20,000 bases of DNA from Mitosporidium daphniae (lineage: Eukaryota). Below the pieces are notes generated by a model. That model made no database searches. It worked only from the letters and a program-made list of their open reading frames with translations, and was not told the DNA's origin. Location of the stretch: contig NW_013546143.1 in NCBI RefSeq assembly GCF_000760515.2, forward strand, positions 58,438 to 78,437, in the 5' to 3' direction. Numbering within the stretch: the stretch's first letter is position 1; every line of letters begins with the position of its first letter. The translations under genes and the position numbers were made by a program. Positions 8,987 to 18,849 of the stretch are shown here, piece by piece.

Positions 8987-9040
8987 ATGTATGTGTGTTG
9001 ATGGCCAAATAAACTAATTATTCTTATTCAGAATATTTTA

Positions 9041-9838
9041 TTAGTTATAATTAAAAGTAGGTGTTTCTGAGAGCAGCCTTCGAAGAATTTGAAACCACGA
9101 CTCCTTGATTGGGGCCATGAAAATCTAGCGTTTAAAAGGACGGCAATACTTTATAGGGGAAAGAATTTTCAAGCTGTGATGATATTGGAGGAATCGAGTC
9201 TCTGTTCTCATTAGCCAGCAGCGATATCCGAAAAAGGATTTCTCGGAGCTCATATTCATATGCTAGAATTGCTAGTAACGCAAAAATCGATACCCATTGA
9301 AGCCTCTTTTTTCAATGAAATCTCAATGGTCCACCGCTCCCAAAGGCGGCCTTCATCGTGGCGAGACAGAAACAAGGCTCTTTTTGGGTAGGTTCCTTTT
9401 TCAAAGAACTCCACATTAATCTAAAGTTATCCAAATCAAGACGATTACTATGCATGCTGGTTGGTGCGTAGACGAGCCTACTGGAAAGATGTTTGACGAT
9501 GTGCAATGCTCATGAAAGTCTGCAGGGAAATTTGACTTGAATATGGAAAGAAATTTGTCGGCCTCGTTTGTAAGGAAGGAGGCTAAATGCGGGTCTTTGA
9601 TGGCAATGTATGGAAGATTTGGGAGCTGTGAAGTGACGATCTTGGATATCTTGACAGCCGAAAAGATGCGGTGAAGGAATATGGTATGCAAGATTGCTAG
9701 CCGTTTGTTAAGGGGGAAACGTACCCTGAACTGCCTCCTTGAGTGCCTCCTCATGTATCTCCTAAAATAAAAATTCCACGGAAACTAAAATACTAGCTTT
9801 ATATTCTTGTGTGAAATCTCCTCGATATTGGCGGTCAT
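9041..9838 (-). CDS. ATG101: Autophagy-related protein 101 (HORMA domain, about 217-220 aa); exons 9838-9794, 9761-9725, 9696-9449, 9420-9294, 9262(or 9271)-9150, 9124-9041
   Basis: Five mini-introns give EALKEAVQ|AILHTIFLHRIF...INVEFFEK...LWERWTIEI...LREILFRISLLANENRDSIPPI...FPYK|I. These are the Atg101 hallmarks ILHTIxxHR, WExW and IPPI..FPY. The gene is fragmented in the ORF track. Confidence 0.85.
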
Positions 9839-9942
9839 GTTGATTGCCACTAAATGAGCACATACGAATGATTAGAAGGGTGAAATTGTATGCAATTCTG
9901 AAACCTAAATCTTTCAATCTTGTAATTTAATTTTACAACACC

Positions 9943-10647
9943 ATGTCTTTATTATTGTCCATCTGCACCGGATCGATGCTTTCGAGGACCTCAAAGGCCT
10001 CGTACACTCGCCTGTTCAACAAATTTGGTTTGCCATATTTCTAATTCCGCTTTTAGAGGAGCAAGTTTATCGGGAAAAGCTTGGCATTCCAAAGAAGCCG
10101 CTATTTGGATTTCCCCTTTTCGTCAAAGAAAACTATGGCGAGCGCCCGGGACATCTTACTCACGCCCAATATTTCCACGAACTTACCTCCAAATGGCGCA
10201 GCTTGTCTGAACAGCAAAAAAGCCAATATCTAGATAAAGCTGCATTTGTCAGCTACAAGGAAGAAATGAACAAATGGCTTTCGGGTCTCTCTCCATTCAA
10301 AAGGGATCTTTATGCGCTCCTTAGGTCTAACAACCATCCAGATGTTAACCGCGACTCCACATCACAGACCACTTGGGTGCCCGTTGAGTATGTTGATCTA
10401 TACAAGTCCCTGCCTACTCGCCCGTGCGTCTCCCCAAATGGACTGTATGTCCGCGAGTTTTTTGCAAAGGGAAACAAAGATTCGCTTTCCAATGTCGTTA
10501 GCATGTATTCTTCCCTTTCCGACATGGAAAAAGAGGTTCTCCCCTTGGTCTGATTAATTTTCGTAGGCATATGCGTTGAAGGTCGAGGCTCTAAAGAAGG
10601 AATTTACGGCCCAGGTTGAAAAGTTTATTGCCGCCAACGATAGTTAA
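9943..10647 (+). CDS. Tandem HMG-box protein with mitochondrial presequence, Abf2/TFAM-like (214 aa); exons 9943-10027, 10057-10535, 10567-10647
   Basis: The N-terminus MSLLLSICTGSMLSRTSKASYTRLFNKF is Ser/Arg-rich with no acidic residues. HMG box 1 is PKKPLFGFPLFVKE...KWRSLSEQQKSQY and HMG box 2 is PTRP..PNGLYVRE...YSSLSDMEKE|AY. Introns are 10028-10056 and 10536-10566. Confidence 0.8.
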
Positions 10648-10663
10648 AATAAAATTTCCATAC

Positions 10664-11690
10664 TCACAAGTACTTTTGGCCAAGCGCAGATAAAATAAGG
10701 GCTTGCGCTGCAGACTTTGTCCTCTCGGCCTCTTGCTGATTTTGAGCAATCGATATGTTGACCTCAACAAGGTCCATGGACACCAGTCTTCCTGTATTAT
10801 ATAGCTCCTCACATATAATGATCCCCTCTCTCAACGATAGGCCAGCGGGAACGGGGGTTCCCGTTGCTGGCGCTTCGAGGGGGTCCAGTGCATCGATATC
10901 AAAGCTCAGATGAATCGGTCTGCAGTTGGATGGATCAATGCTATGCAGAACTTTTCGAAGCGAAGAAAGGATTCCATGCTTTTCGACATCAATTGCCGAA
11001 GCAACTGCATTGGGATGGATATGAAGTTTTGACAAAATGGTTTTTTCGCACTGCTCAACGTCTCTAAGGCCAATGTATCCAAGTTGGCTGGCATCTAACT
11101 TTTCCTTCATCATTGGGTTGCCAAAATCCGTGTCCTCGTTCAACCCAAGAAGAAAGGAAGCCGCGCATCCATGAAGATTTCCAGAGTTTGTAGAAGCAAG
11201 CGTATTGATGTCGGCATGGGCATCTACCCATACAACAGCAAGGTTGGGATGCTTTTTTTTCATGCCCGAAACGGTTCCAAAAGCAATCGAGTGATCTCCG
11301 CCAAGAGAAAGCACAAAGTTTCCCGAGTTGCTTGCTTCAAAAACCTTTTCCTCAATATCTTGTTTCTGGCTGAGAAACAAACTCAAGTTTTTTACAGCTG
11401 GATATTTCTTTTCCAATAATGCTGGTCGATGCCGCCCGTCTTCATAGTCTGAACAAACCGTGTCAATCGAAATGTTACGAAACTTTGTGTTCGCTTTGAT
11501 CAGACTACAAAGGTTCACGTCTCCCGGATGATTTCCCACGATATGTTCCGGTCCATTTTCGACGCCCATCTTGGGCTATAACACCTGATTAAATACATTA
11601 ATATCGGCCTACTTGACCTGCCCTCGTTTTGCATTTGATAACATGCAGGGTTGAGTATGCTAAACGGCACGTCCGTGTGTGAACTATCAT
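10664..11690 (-). CDS. CAR1: Arginase (329 aa); exons 11690-11613, 11575-10664
   Basis: GQ|PKMGVENGP spans the 37-nt intron 11612-11576. Mn-binding and catalytic motifs GGDHS, DAHADIN, SGNLHG, SFDID, GTP and VEVN are all present. Confidence 0.95.
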
Positions 11691-11770
11691 GCTACAAAGT
11701 GCGATCAAGCTAAAATGGCGGACCGAACGTTAACCCTAAATTGCTTTAATTCACTTTTTTATTTGAACCT

Positions 11771-12223
11771 TTAAATAATCAGCATGGCAATTGCAGAAAT
11801 AACAACGAAAGCGGTTGAAACCTTTTCAACACAACCAGCAGAGCACAAAACATCTCCAAGACCAAGGAGTTTGGCTGTTGAAGCGGTTGAGCTTGCATCT
11901 TCTTTGACGACGTGCTTCAAAGCATCCTTTCGCCATCTACCAAAGTTTCTACAGAAATTTTGTTTAGCCGCTTGATCGGCATTAGCTTCCATTAAGGTCA
12001 TAATGTGTGCAGATAGTTTAGAAGAAGGACCGAATCCTATCAGAGAACTGCCAAGAGTCATATTGTATTTGCTTAGTGTGAGGACACAGGCTGGGAGGTT
12101 TTTGTTCGCATATGGAACAAATCCATGCGCAACGATATCTTCCATCGTGACAGGTCCCGTTTGAGTGTCAGAAGAAACAACTGCAATAAGAACAAAAATG
12201 GCAATAAGCAACTTGTAAATCAT
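11771..12223 (-). CDS. Secreted, probably GPI-anchored surface protein (150 aa), unknown family
   Basis: Signal peptide MIYKLLIAIFVLIAVVSS. The C-terminal small-residue region (CSAG) is followed by a hydrophobic tail STAFVVISAIAMLII with no cytosolic extension. The gene is intronless. Confidence 0.7.
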   Translation of the reverse strand: MIYKLLIAIFVLIAVVSSDTQTGPVTMEDIVAHGFVPYANKNLPACVLTLSKYNMTLGSSLIGFGPSSKLSAHIMTLMEANADQAAKQNFCRNFGRWRKDALKHVVKEDASSTASTAKLLGLGDVLCSAGCVEKVSTAFVVISAIAMLII

Positions 12224-12416
12224 CAAAATGAGTGAACATCCACACCGCCAGATATAAATAGCTGCTGTGACCCCTCGTCATAGGAAATCCCATTTACCCA
12301 ATCGAGGATTATTTAAGCAAAGCAGTGGCTAGCGGTCCATTTTAATTGGTAACAATATCTCCCAATTATCCGCAATTAAAAGCTTCAAATTTAAATTGCA
12401 TTCGAAATAATTAAAT

Positions 12417-15400
12417 TTAATTGCTTCCAAACAGTTGGGATGGCTTTGCCGGGGCCTTTTGCCTTTTAGACACTCTCCATTCGTCCGGTTTTTCGAATCT
12501 CGAGTAAAGAGGGGATATCTTTTCTTCTTTCTGTCGACGAGAAAGTTTTTTCGGATCTGTGCATTTAAAAAAGGTAGGTGCCACTTCTACAAGCCATCGT
12601 GGATCGACTGCCATCACCTCCCGCATATACTCTTTTGTGGTGAAAACTAGCTCGTGGTAGATGACCCATTCTGGGGATCTGTTAATCAGAGATGAGGAGG
12701 GATGTATGAAGACGGGTTGTCCCTCAACAAGTGTCTTGTAGCCTCCTTCATGAGCATCTCGACGTGCGACGTGTGTGAAAAAGCCCGCAGCAATTGCCTT
12801 GCAAGCCTCTTTGATTTGAACGGACGAGTCTCTTTGTTTTATCTCGCCAAGATATTCTGGGTATCTTCTCGACGCAATGGCAACATCCCGATCTACGAGT
12901 CTTTGAAGCTGCTTCCTGATATCAAGGGATCTTTTCATTGCCCTTGGATTGATGTAATTGAATCGACACCAATCAGAAGAAAATCCAGCACCCTTCCAAG
13001 AATTGAAAACTTCAAGTAATGTGATGTGATCCCCCTCTGGCCGATGAAACGAGGCTTTTCTGGCATCAGCCGTGGCAGCCTTTTCTTTGGGCCTGTAAAA
13101 AATGGTGTTCTGGACCGATAACATTGCCACAATTGTTAGCCCTTCTTGAGGGCAACCGCGTTCGACGGCTTTTATAAGTAGCTTCGCTAAAGGCGGCTCT
13201 AGAGGATATTCTGCCATCTTGCGGCCTAGCTTTGTAAGGAACCCCTCAGAATCAAGTGCCCCAATGTCAAATAAAAACTGAAGTGCAGCAGTAAGCGTGG
13301 CCAAGGGAGGCGGATCCATAAATCCAAAATTAATCAGATCGTTGATTCCCATAGCTTTGAGAGTTAAAACGGTATTAGAAAGATTGGTCCTCTGGATTTC
13401 TGGCACCGTTGAAGGAAGCATCTCTTCGGTGAACGCCTTTTCCGTGTATAGCCTGTAGCATTTTCCAGGTCCTGTACGTCCTGCACGTCCTGCTCTCTGT
13501 CGCGCTTGGGCTTGAGATATGGGAGAAATTACCAACGAATCCATTCCGAGTTTCGGATTGAAAACCTTTTGTTTAACCATACCTGGGTCAACGACATATG
13601 TAATGCCATCAATAGTAACCGAAGTTTCTGCAATATTTGTCGCAATGACAGCCTTGCGCGCCCCAATTGGTGCGGGCTCGAAAATGCGGCTTTGAATTTC
13701 GGATGGTAACGAAGAATAAACAGGCAAAATAATGAGTTCCGGAACAGATGGACCAAGAGATTTTGTTCTTTCATACAAAATCTCGCAGGCAGTGTCTATC
13801 TCTTCCTGTCCCGTGAGAAACAGAAGAATATCGCCCGGGGGTTCGCTTAAATGAATTTGAAGAAGTGTGACAAGGGCTGCATCCATATAGTCAGGCTCTG
13901 GAGCCCTTGAATACAAAACCTCAACGGGAAAAGTCCTTCCAGGAATGCTGAACATTGGGCAATCTCCAAAATACGAGCAAAACTTTTCCGAGTCAAGAGT
14001 AGCAGATGTCACAATCAACTTAAGAGGTGGAGGGGTTCTTTCGCTTTCATTTTTGGCTTGAAGCGAAAGGTTTCGACGAGCCTTTACGGTTTCTCTTAGC
14101 AATCCAAACAAAACATCCGTATGAACGGTCCGCTCGTGAGCCTCATCTAGTATTATAACCGAATATGTTGAAAGAAGCGGATCCAAAAGCGCCTCTCGAA
14201 GAAGCATACCATCAGTCATGTATTTGATGATGGTTTCCTCGGAAGAGCAGTCTTCAAACCGGATTGTATAGCCAACAAGACAACCAAGGCGTGTACCAAC
14301 TTCTTCTGCAACTCGCTTGGCAACTGACGTTGCTGCAACACGCCTTGGCTGGGTGCAGCCAATTCTTCTCAAAATATCAGGATTTTGACTTTTACCAGAC
14401 AAATTTCGGGGCGAGTCTGTATAAAGTCCAGACTCTAAAAGGTATTGAGTTAATTGTGTTGTTTTTCCGGAGCCCGTGTCTCCAATAACAACCAAAATTT
14501 CGTTCTCCGCAACTGCCTTTAAAAGAGAGCTTTTTAATTGGTAAATCGGAAGCGATCTGCGCTGCTTTTCAATAGTTGAGCCTTCCGATGGCGGTCCAAA
14601 TTTAGGATTATCACCACCCATTGAAATCTTTTTCCATTCCGGAACTTCTTTGGAGCCTTCTGAATTGGAAGGGGTCGAGGAATTCGATTCTCTTTTAAAT
14701 TCTCTTCTTTCCTTTGCAAGCATGGCTGCTGTTTGGGCAGATCGAGCAAGGGAACCGTCCGGAACCTGCGCTATTCGAATGGGAGAAAGATCTAGTGTCA
14801 TGGATGTCTGGCCTTTCAGAAAAGAAGGCTCCTCTTCGCATAATTCGATCTCATAAGCTTGTTCAACACCATCGGCCGAATCGGACCCAAATGATGAATC
14901 ATCCATTCCCACTTCATTCGGAAGCGCAGATGGCGGCAAAACCCCCGCAGAAATTAGCTGTTTCAGCTCAAAACGTTCAGGCGAGGACAATCTTTTTGAG
15001 GGTCTTGAGATGGGCTTAACATCTTTCCTTGACCTGTCCCGTGAATAAGGTGGTTCATCTTTAGATCTCGAAAAGGATGATGATCTGGAGGATGGCTCAC
15101 AGAAGAGCGAGATATTTGATTCCTCAAAATAATCCCTCCCCTGTCCGCCGGAGGAATTGGGAAGAGATAGAGAAGAAAATTTCCCAATCACTTCAACATC
15201 CAAGCTATTGTGAACGGTTGATGCCATCAAATCGGCGAGCTTTTTTCTTTGTGCCGAAGCATTTCGTAGTTGCACATCCAAAATTTCAATAAATGGTTTT
15301 GTAAACGTGGATTCGGCTCCAGTTGACTCCAGGCTTGCCTTAAATTCGTCCAAAGTTGTTGTTTTGCTGTGTAGATCAATGATGAACTCTGCCAATATTT

Positions 15401-15485
15401 TGTCCGAAATCCCGATATGATTTTCCAGCTCACGGCATATTTTTGATACAAGACAAAGATGGGCAAGCTTCTCAATGGGATCCAT
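12417..15485 (-). CDS. PRP22: Pre-mRNA splicing DEAH-box helicase Prp22/DHX8, intronless
   Basis: N-terminal [73 protein letters not shown]2/OB regions and the Prp22-specific C-terminus [16 protein letters not shown]. The ATG at 15485 is preferred (alternative 15497). Confidence 0.97.
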   Translation of the reverse strand: MDPIEKLAHLCLVSKICRELENHIGISDKILAEFIIDLHSKTTTLDEFKASLESTGAESTFTKPFIEILDVQLRNASAQRKKLADLMASTVHNSLDVEVIGKFSSLSLPNSSGGQGRDYFEESNISLFCEPSSRSSSFSRSKDEPPYSRDRSRKDVKPISRPSKRLSSPERFELKQLISAGVLPPSALPNEVGMDDSSFGSDSADGVEQAYEIELCEEEPSFLKGQTSMTLDLSPIRIAQVPDGSLARSAQTAAMLAKERREFKRESNSSTPSNSEGSKEVPEWKKISMGGDNPKFGPPSEGSTIEKQRRSLPIYQLKSSLLKAVAENEILVVIGDTGSGKTTQLTQYLLESGLYTDSPRNLSGKSQNPDILRRIGCTQPRRVAATSVAKRVAEEVGTRLGCLVGYTIRFEDCSSEETIIKYMTDGMLLREALLDPLLSTYSVIILDEAHERTVHTDVLFGLLRETVKARRNLSLQAKNESERTPPPLKLIVTSATLDSEKFCSYFGDCPMFSIPGRTFPVEVLYSRAPEPDYMDAALVTLLQIHLSEPPGDILLFLTGQEEIDTACEILYERTKSLGPSVPELIILPVYSSLPSEIQSRIFEPAPIGARKAVIATNIAETSVTIDGITYVVDPGMVKQKVFNPKLGMDSLVISPISQAQARQRAGRAGRTGPGKCYRLYTEKAFTEEMLPSTVPEIQRTNLSNTVLTLKAMGINDLINFGFMDPPPLATLTAALQFLFDIGALDSEGFLTKLGRKMAEYPLEPPLAKLLIKAVERGCPQEGLTIVAMLSVQNTIFYRPKEKAATADARKASFHRPEGDHITLLEVFNSWKGAGFSSDWCRFNYINPRAMKRSLDIRKQLQRLVDRDVAIASRRYPEYLGEIKQRDSSVQIKEACKAIAAGFFTHVARRDAHEGGYKTLVEGQPVFIHPSSSLINRSPEWVIYHELVFTTKEYMREVMAVDPRWLVEVAPTFFKCTDPKKLSRRQKEEKISPLYSRFEKPDEWRVSKRQKAPAKPSQLFGSN

Positions 15486-15627
15486 GCAAAAAAACATTTT
15501 AAATTTGGCCAAATTTTATTGTTGATCGGTCTGTCACCACCGCTCAGTGGTTGTTTTGATATCGTTTTGTTCCTTGCCTCTGGTTTGTGCATCATTTAGG
15601 AGTTGTAAATATATATATATATCTGCC

Positions 15628-16012
15628 ATGTCTATTGCAAGACCGTCTTTAATGAATGAAATATGCCTAAAGGACAGTTACATGGCTCCTTTTCCTATCA
15701 CCATCAATTTGCTTGTTATTTCCTTTTCTATTGGATTGGTATCGCTATCTTTATTGATAATATTTTTATTGCTTATATTTCAATTTTCAGAATCGGTTTA
15801 TTCAGGTGATATAGGCTTTTATTTGCATTTCTTTCTGTCGTTTCTTTGCCTACTATTTCTTTTCTTGCTCATTGTAATTCCGCTCGAGTATCTAGCAATC
15901 ATGGAAAGCTCAAAGGTTATGACGAAATTTTTACACCTCTTAGATTCCAGAAAACGTATTTTTTACAAAAACCAGTGCACGTGAACAGCTTAAGAGAAGG
16001 GGCAGCTTTTGA
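15628..16012 (+). CDS. Hypothetical small membrane protein with 2 TM helices; probable intron 15916-15943
   Basis: The ATG at 15628 follows a (TA)n run, and there are two long hydrophobic segments. A candidate 28-nt intron GTTATG...TCTTAG leads to IPEN...LKRRGSF* (stop 16010-16012); unspliced, the stop is at 15984. No family recognised, and the opposite strand has no long ORF. Confidence 0.5.
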
Positions 16013-16077
16013 ACCCAGCCACGGCAGAATGTATTTGTTGATGGCTTTGAAATTTTAAATTTTGAAGTTCACATTTA

Positions 16078-16407
16078 ATGTTCGGCCGGTTTGCTCGGTA
16101 ATCTTGATCCTTCAAACATGTTAGATTTGGTTGTGGTCCGCTGGTTTCTCAACTCTCAAGTATAAAATTCAAGGGAAATATATTTTCTGCTTCGACTGTT
16201 CTTGCAAGAGGCCCACCTGCCTGCAGCAACCAGCATACATTTGGCAGCTCAATCATCGCCAGATGGACATGCTATGGAACGGAATTTCAGCCCTCCACTA
16301 GAAAAAGAAAGCGAAAGCATGGCTTTTTAAAGCGAAAAAGCACCAGGTCTGGCATGAGGATCCTCAGGCGGAGAATGAACAAAGGCAGAAGATATCTTTC
16401 CCATTAG
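16078..16407 (+). CDS. MRPL34: Mitochondrial ribosomal protein bL34m (100 aa); exons 16078-16097, 16125-16407
   Basis: Absent from the ORF track. The presequence MFGRFAR|FG... is followed by YGTEFQPSTRKRKRKHGFLKRKSTRSGMRILRRRMNKGRRYLSH*, the L34 signature. The intron 16098-16124 is 27 nt. Confidence 0.93.
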
Positions 16408-16457
16408 TTAATTAATTAAATTTTGTATTTGCATTGGCCGTCAAGTTAAGTAGCCCG

Positions 16458-17802
16458 ATGAGCGCCAACTTCTCCTCTCCCAGTGGCGTGTTCCTGCTGG
16501 ACAATCCGTACTTCTCAGCCGGTGCTGGACTGCTTGGGATTGGAACGTTGTTTGCCCTGCTGAGACAGGGCTCCTTGAGATATGCCATGTTCCTAAAAAG
16601 ACAGCTGTTTACCACTCTTGAGATAAATAGTAAAGACAAAGCTTATGGATGGGTCCTTCCATATTTATGCGCACTTCAGAAACAAAGAGCGTCGTCAAAA
16701 AAAAGCTCCCTTTTCGATGCCATCCTTACTCCTGCTAACCACCTTTCTGTTCAGACAACATTTATTCAGCGCGAGAACGGGGCAACGGAAACCTCATTTA
16801 CAATGATTCCAGCACCGGGAATCCACTTTTTAAATTGGAAGGGTCAATGGATCCGTATCGAACGGACCAGGGAAAAAGGAACCTCTGACATAACTACTGG
16901 AATTCCATTTGAAACTCTCACCATTACAACTTTAACTAAACTAGAACGAAAAGCGGCGCTTTTTAAAACCTTATTGGAAGAATCTAGGTCTTTTGCCTTG
17001 AAGGCCTATTTGGGGAAAACGCTTGTTTTTACAAGCTGGGCAAACGAATGGCGGCCATTTGGCCAGCCAAGAAAAAAGAGACCACTCTCCTCTGTGATTC
17101 TTGATGATGGCATCTGTGAAAAGTTGTTTTCTGATATTACGGAATTTGCCTCGGCCTCTCAATGGTACTATCAGCGAGGTATGAATGTTTTTGGTTTTTT
17201 TAGGAATTCCATATCGTCGAGGATACCTTTTGTATGGACCACCAGGGACAGGAAAGTCGTCCTTCATTATGGCTTTGGCGGGTGCCTTAGACTATAACAT
17301 TTGTATCATCAATCTTTCCGAAAATATAATGACAGATGATCGGCTACAATATCTATTTAGTGTGGTCCCAGAGCGGTCTTTTATCCTTCTCGAGGATATT
17401 GATGCTGCATTTGCATCCAGATCCCAACCAACAAGCCAGCAGCAAGGGGCTGCTGCTTCACAGAAAGTTACATTCAGCGGTCTTCTTAATGCGATTGACG
17501 GTATTGCTTCATCTGAAGAAAGAATTATTTTCATGACTACGAACCATATTGAGAGACTAGATCCAGCCTTGTTAAGACCGGGAAGGGTGGATGTGCAGCA
17601 ATACTTTGGAAATGTAACTCTATTTCAAGCCAGCAAAATGTTTTTACAATTTTATCCGTGCTCCACATCGCTTGTTGATGAATTTGTTAAAAAAATTTCG
17701 CCAATGGCCGATCAGATATCGCCAGCAATGATTCAAGGCCATTTTATCCAGCATAAGGAGAGTGCCCAAGAGGCCATAAAAGCCAGCATAATTCCCCCTT
17801 AA
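16458..17802 (+). CDS. BCS1: Mitochondrial AAA chaperone Bcs1, complex III Rieske-protein insertase (439 aa); exons 16458-17178, 17204-17802
   Basis: NPYFSAGAGLLGIG TM segment, WRPFGQPRKKRPLSSVILD, WYYQR|GIPYRRGYLLYGPPGTGKSS, LLEDID, VTFSGLLNAIDG and LDPALLRPGRVD. The intron 17179-17203 is 25 nt. Confidence 0.97.
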
Positions 17803-17841
17803 CCCTAAACTAATGGACAATAATATTTTTTATTTAATGTC

Positions 17842-18775
17842 CTAAATTTTAGAATTTGGTTTGTAAACAAATTGTCTAGACTTGAGATAGCTCCAACGGT
17901 GTCTCTTAATGTAAAAAACGAGTCCAGTCAAAGCAGAGCACACAATAAAGGCCTTCATCATCATTTGTTTGCGCTCCTCTAATTCTGGACTTGCAGACCA
18001 TGCCAGAAAGGTGCATACATCTTTTGCCATCTGAGAGGCCGTTGCCGGCGTTCCGTCTTCATACTCCACTATGCCATCATACAAGTTTTGAGCCATAGAT
18101 ATTGCACCTCCTGGAAAGTACTTGTTGAAATGAAGATTGCCCTTGATTTCGATTCCGGCTGGAGGCTCAGAATAGCCTGTGATCAGCGAAAAGATGTAGT
18201 CTATTCCTTTTGGTCGCGCTTTGGCCATTAAGGATAAATCTGGTGGGTAGGCACCCCCATTTGCAAAACGTGCTGCCTCTTTATTGGGATAGGGATCCGG
18301 GAAATAATCTGTCAACTAGATAGCTTAGTAAGGAAAGGAAGTACTTTTCCTGGTCGCGTGAACATATTTCCCTCATCGTTAGGGCCATCAACAACGTTTA
18401 CGGCAGCGGCCTCTGCTTTTGCTTGGTCAACTGTATGAGAAATATCGACCAAATGGCGATAAGCAAGGCGATTCATAGAATGGCAGGATGCACACACTTC
18501 CTTATAAACCTGATACCCACGACGAATACTATGCTGTCAAGCTAAAGCTAATAACCTTGCATGGTCAAAAGACGAAAATATCCCTTTATGTGACCATGGG
18601 TAAGTGGTAACTGGTGCCTGATCGCCGTCGGCATAGACGAGAGCAGATGGGAATAAAGAGAACGAAGCTGCCCCTGCAATCGCGCTTCCCAGAAAAAAGG
18701 ACTAATCATAAAAGCTGTTCTCAGTACCGAAAGGGACGACTTACGCGAGTAGAATCGACGCCCACCACGATTCAT
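17842..18775 (-). CDS. CYT1: Cytochrome c1, complex III heme protein (283 aa); exons 18775-18728, 18701-18556, 18528-18345, 18315-17842
   Basis: [32 protein letters not shown] (CxxCH), [29 protein letters not shown] and a C-terminal TM. Introns are 18727-18702, 18555-18529 and 18344-18316; the first is the least certain. Confidence 0.95.
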
Positions 18776-18849
18776 TATTGTAAAAGTGCAATTTATACAA
18801 AGTTGATGCAAATATGGTGTTTTGTAAATTGGGTTTAAATTACAGCCTT

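Noticed and set aside
11730..11740. TTAACCCTAAA telomere/telo-box-like motif, also at 17799-17809
   Set aside because: These are single isolated copies in unrelated contexts (one overlapping the BCS1 stop), with no tandem array.
14368..14395. Intron-like GTAAAAG...CTGAT...TTGAG segment within a PRP22 insertion
   Set aside because: Removal (28 or 31 nt) would break the uninterrupted conserved helicase frame.
12435..15292. Numerous short antisense and alternate-frame ORFs over PRP22 (and over the CIP2A-like, kinase-like, arginase and BCS1 genes)
   Set aside because: They are shadows of well-supported genes, with no motifs or independent signals.
17179..17297. Apparent frameshift or pseudogene in BCS1 (two overlapping ORFs), and similarly fragmented CYT1, ERV25 and GCD1
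   Set aside because: Each break is resolved exactly by a short GT-AG intron restoring conserved motifs, so there is no need for frameshifting or pseudogenisation.
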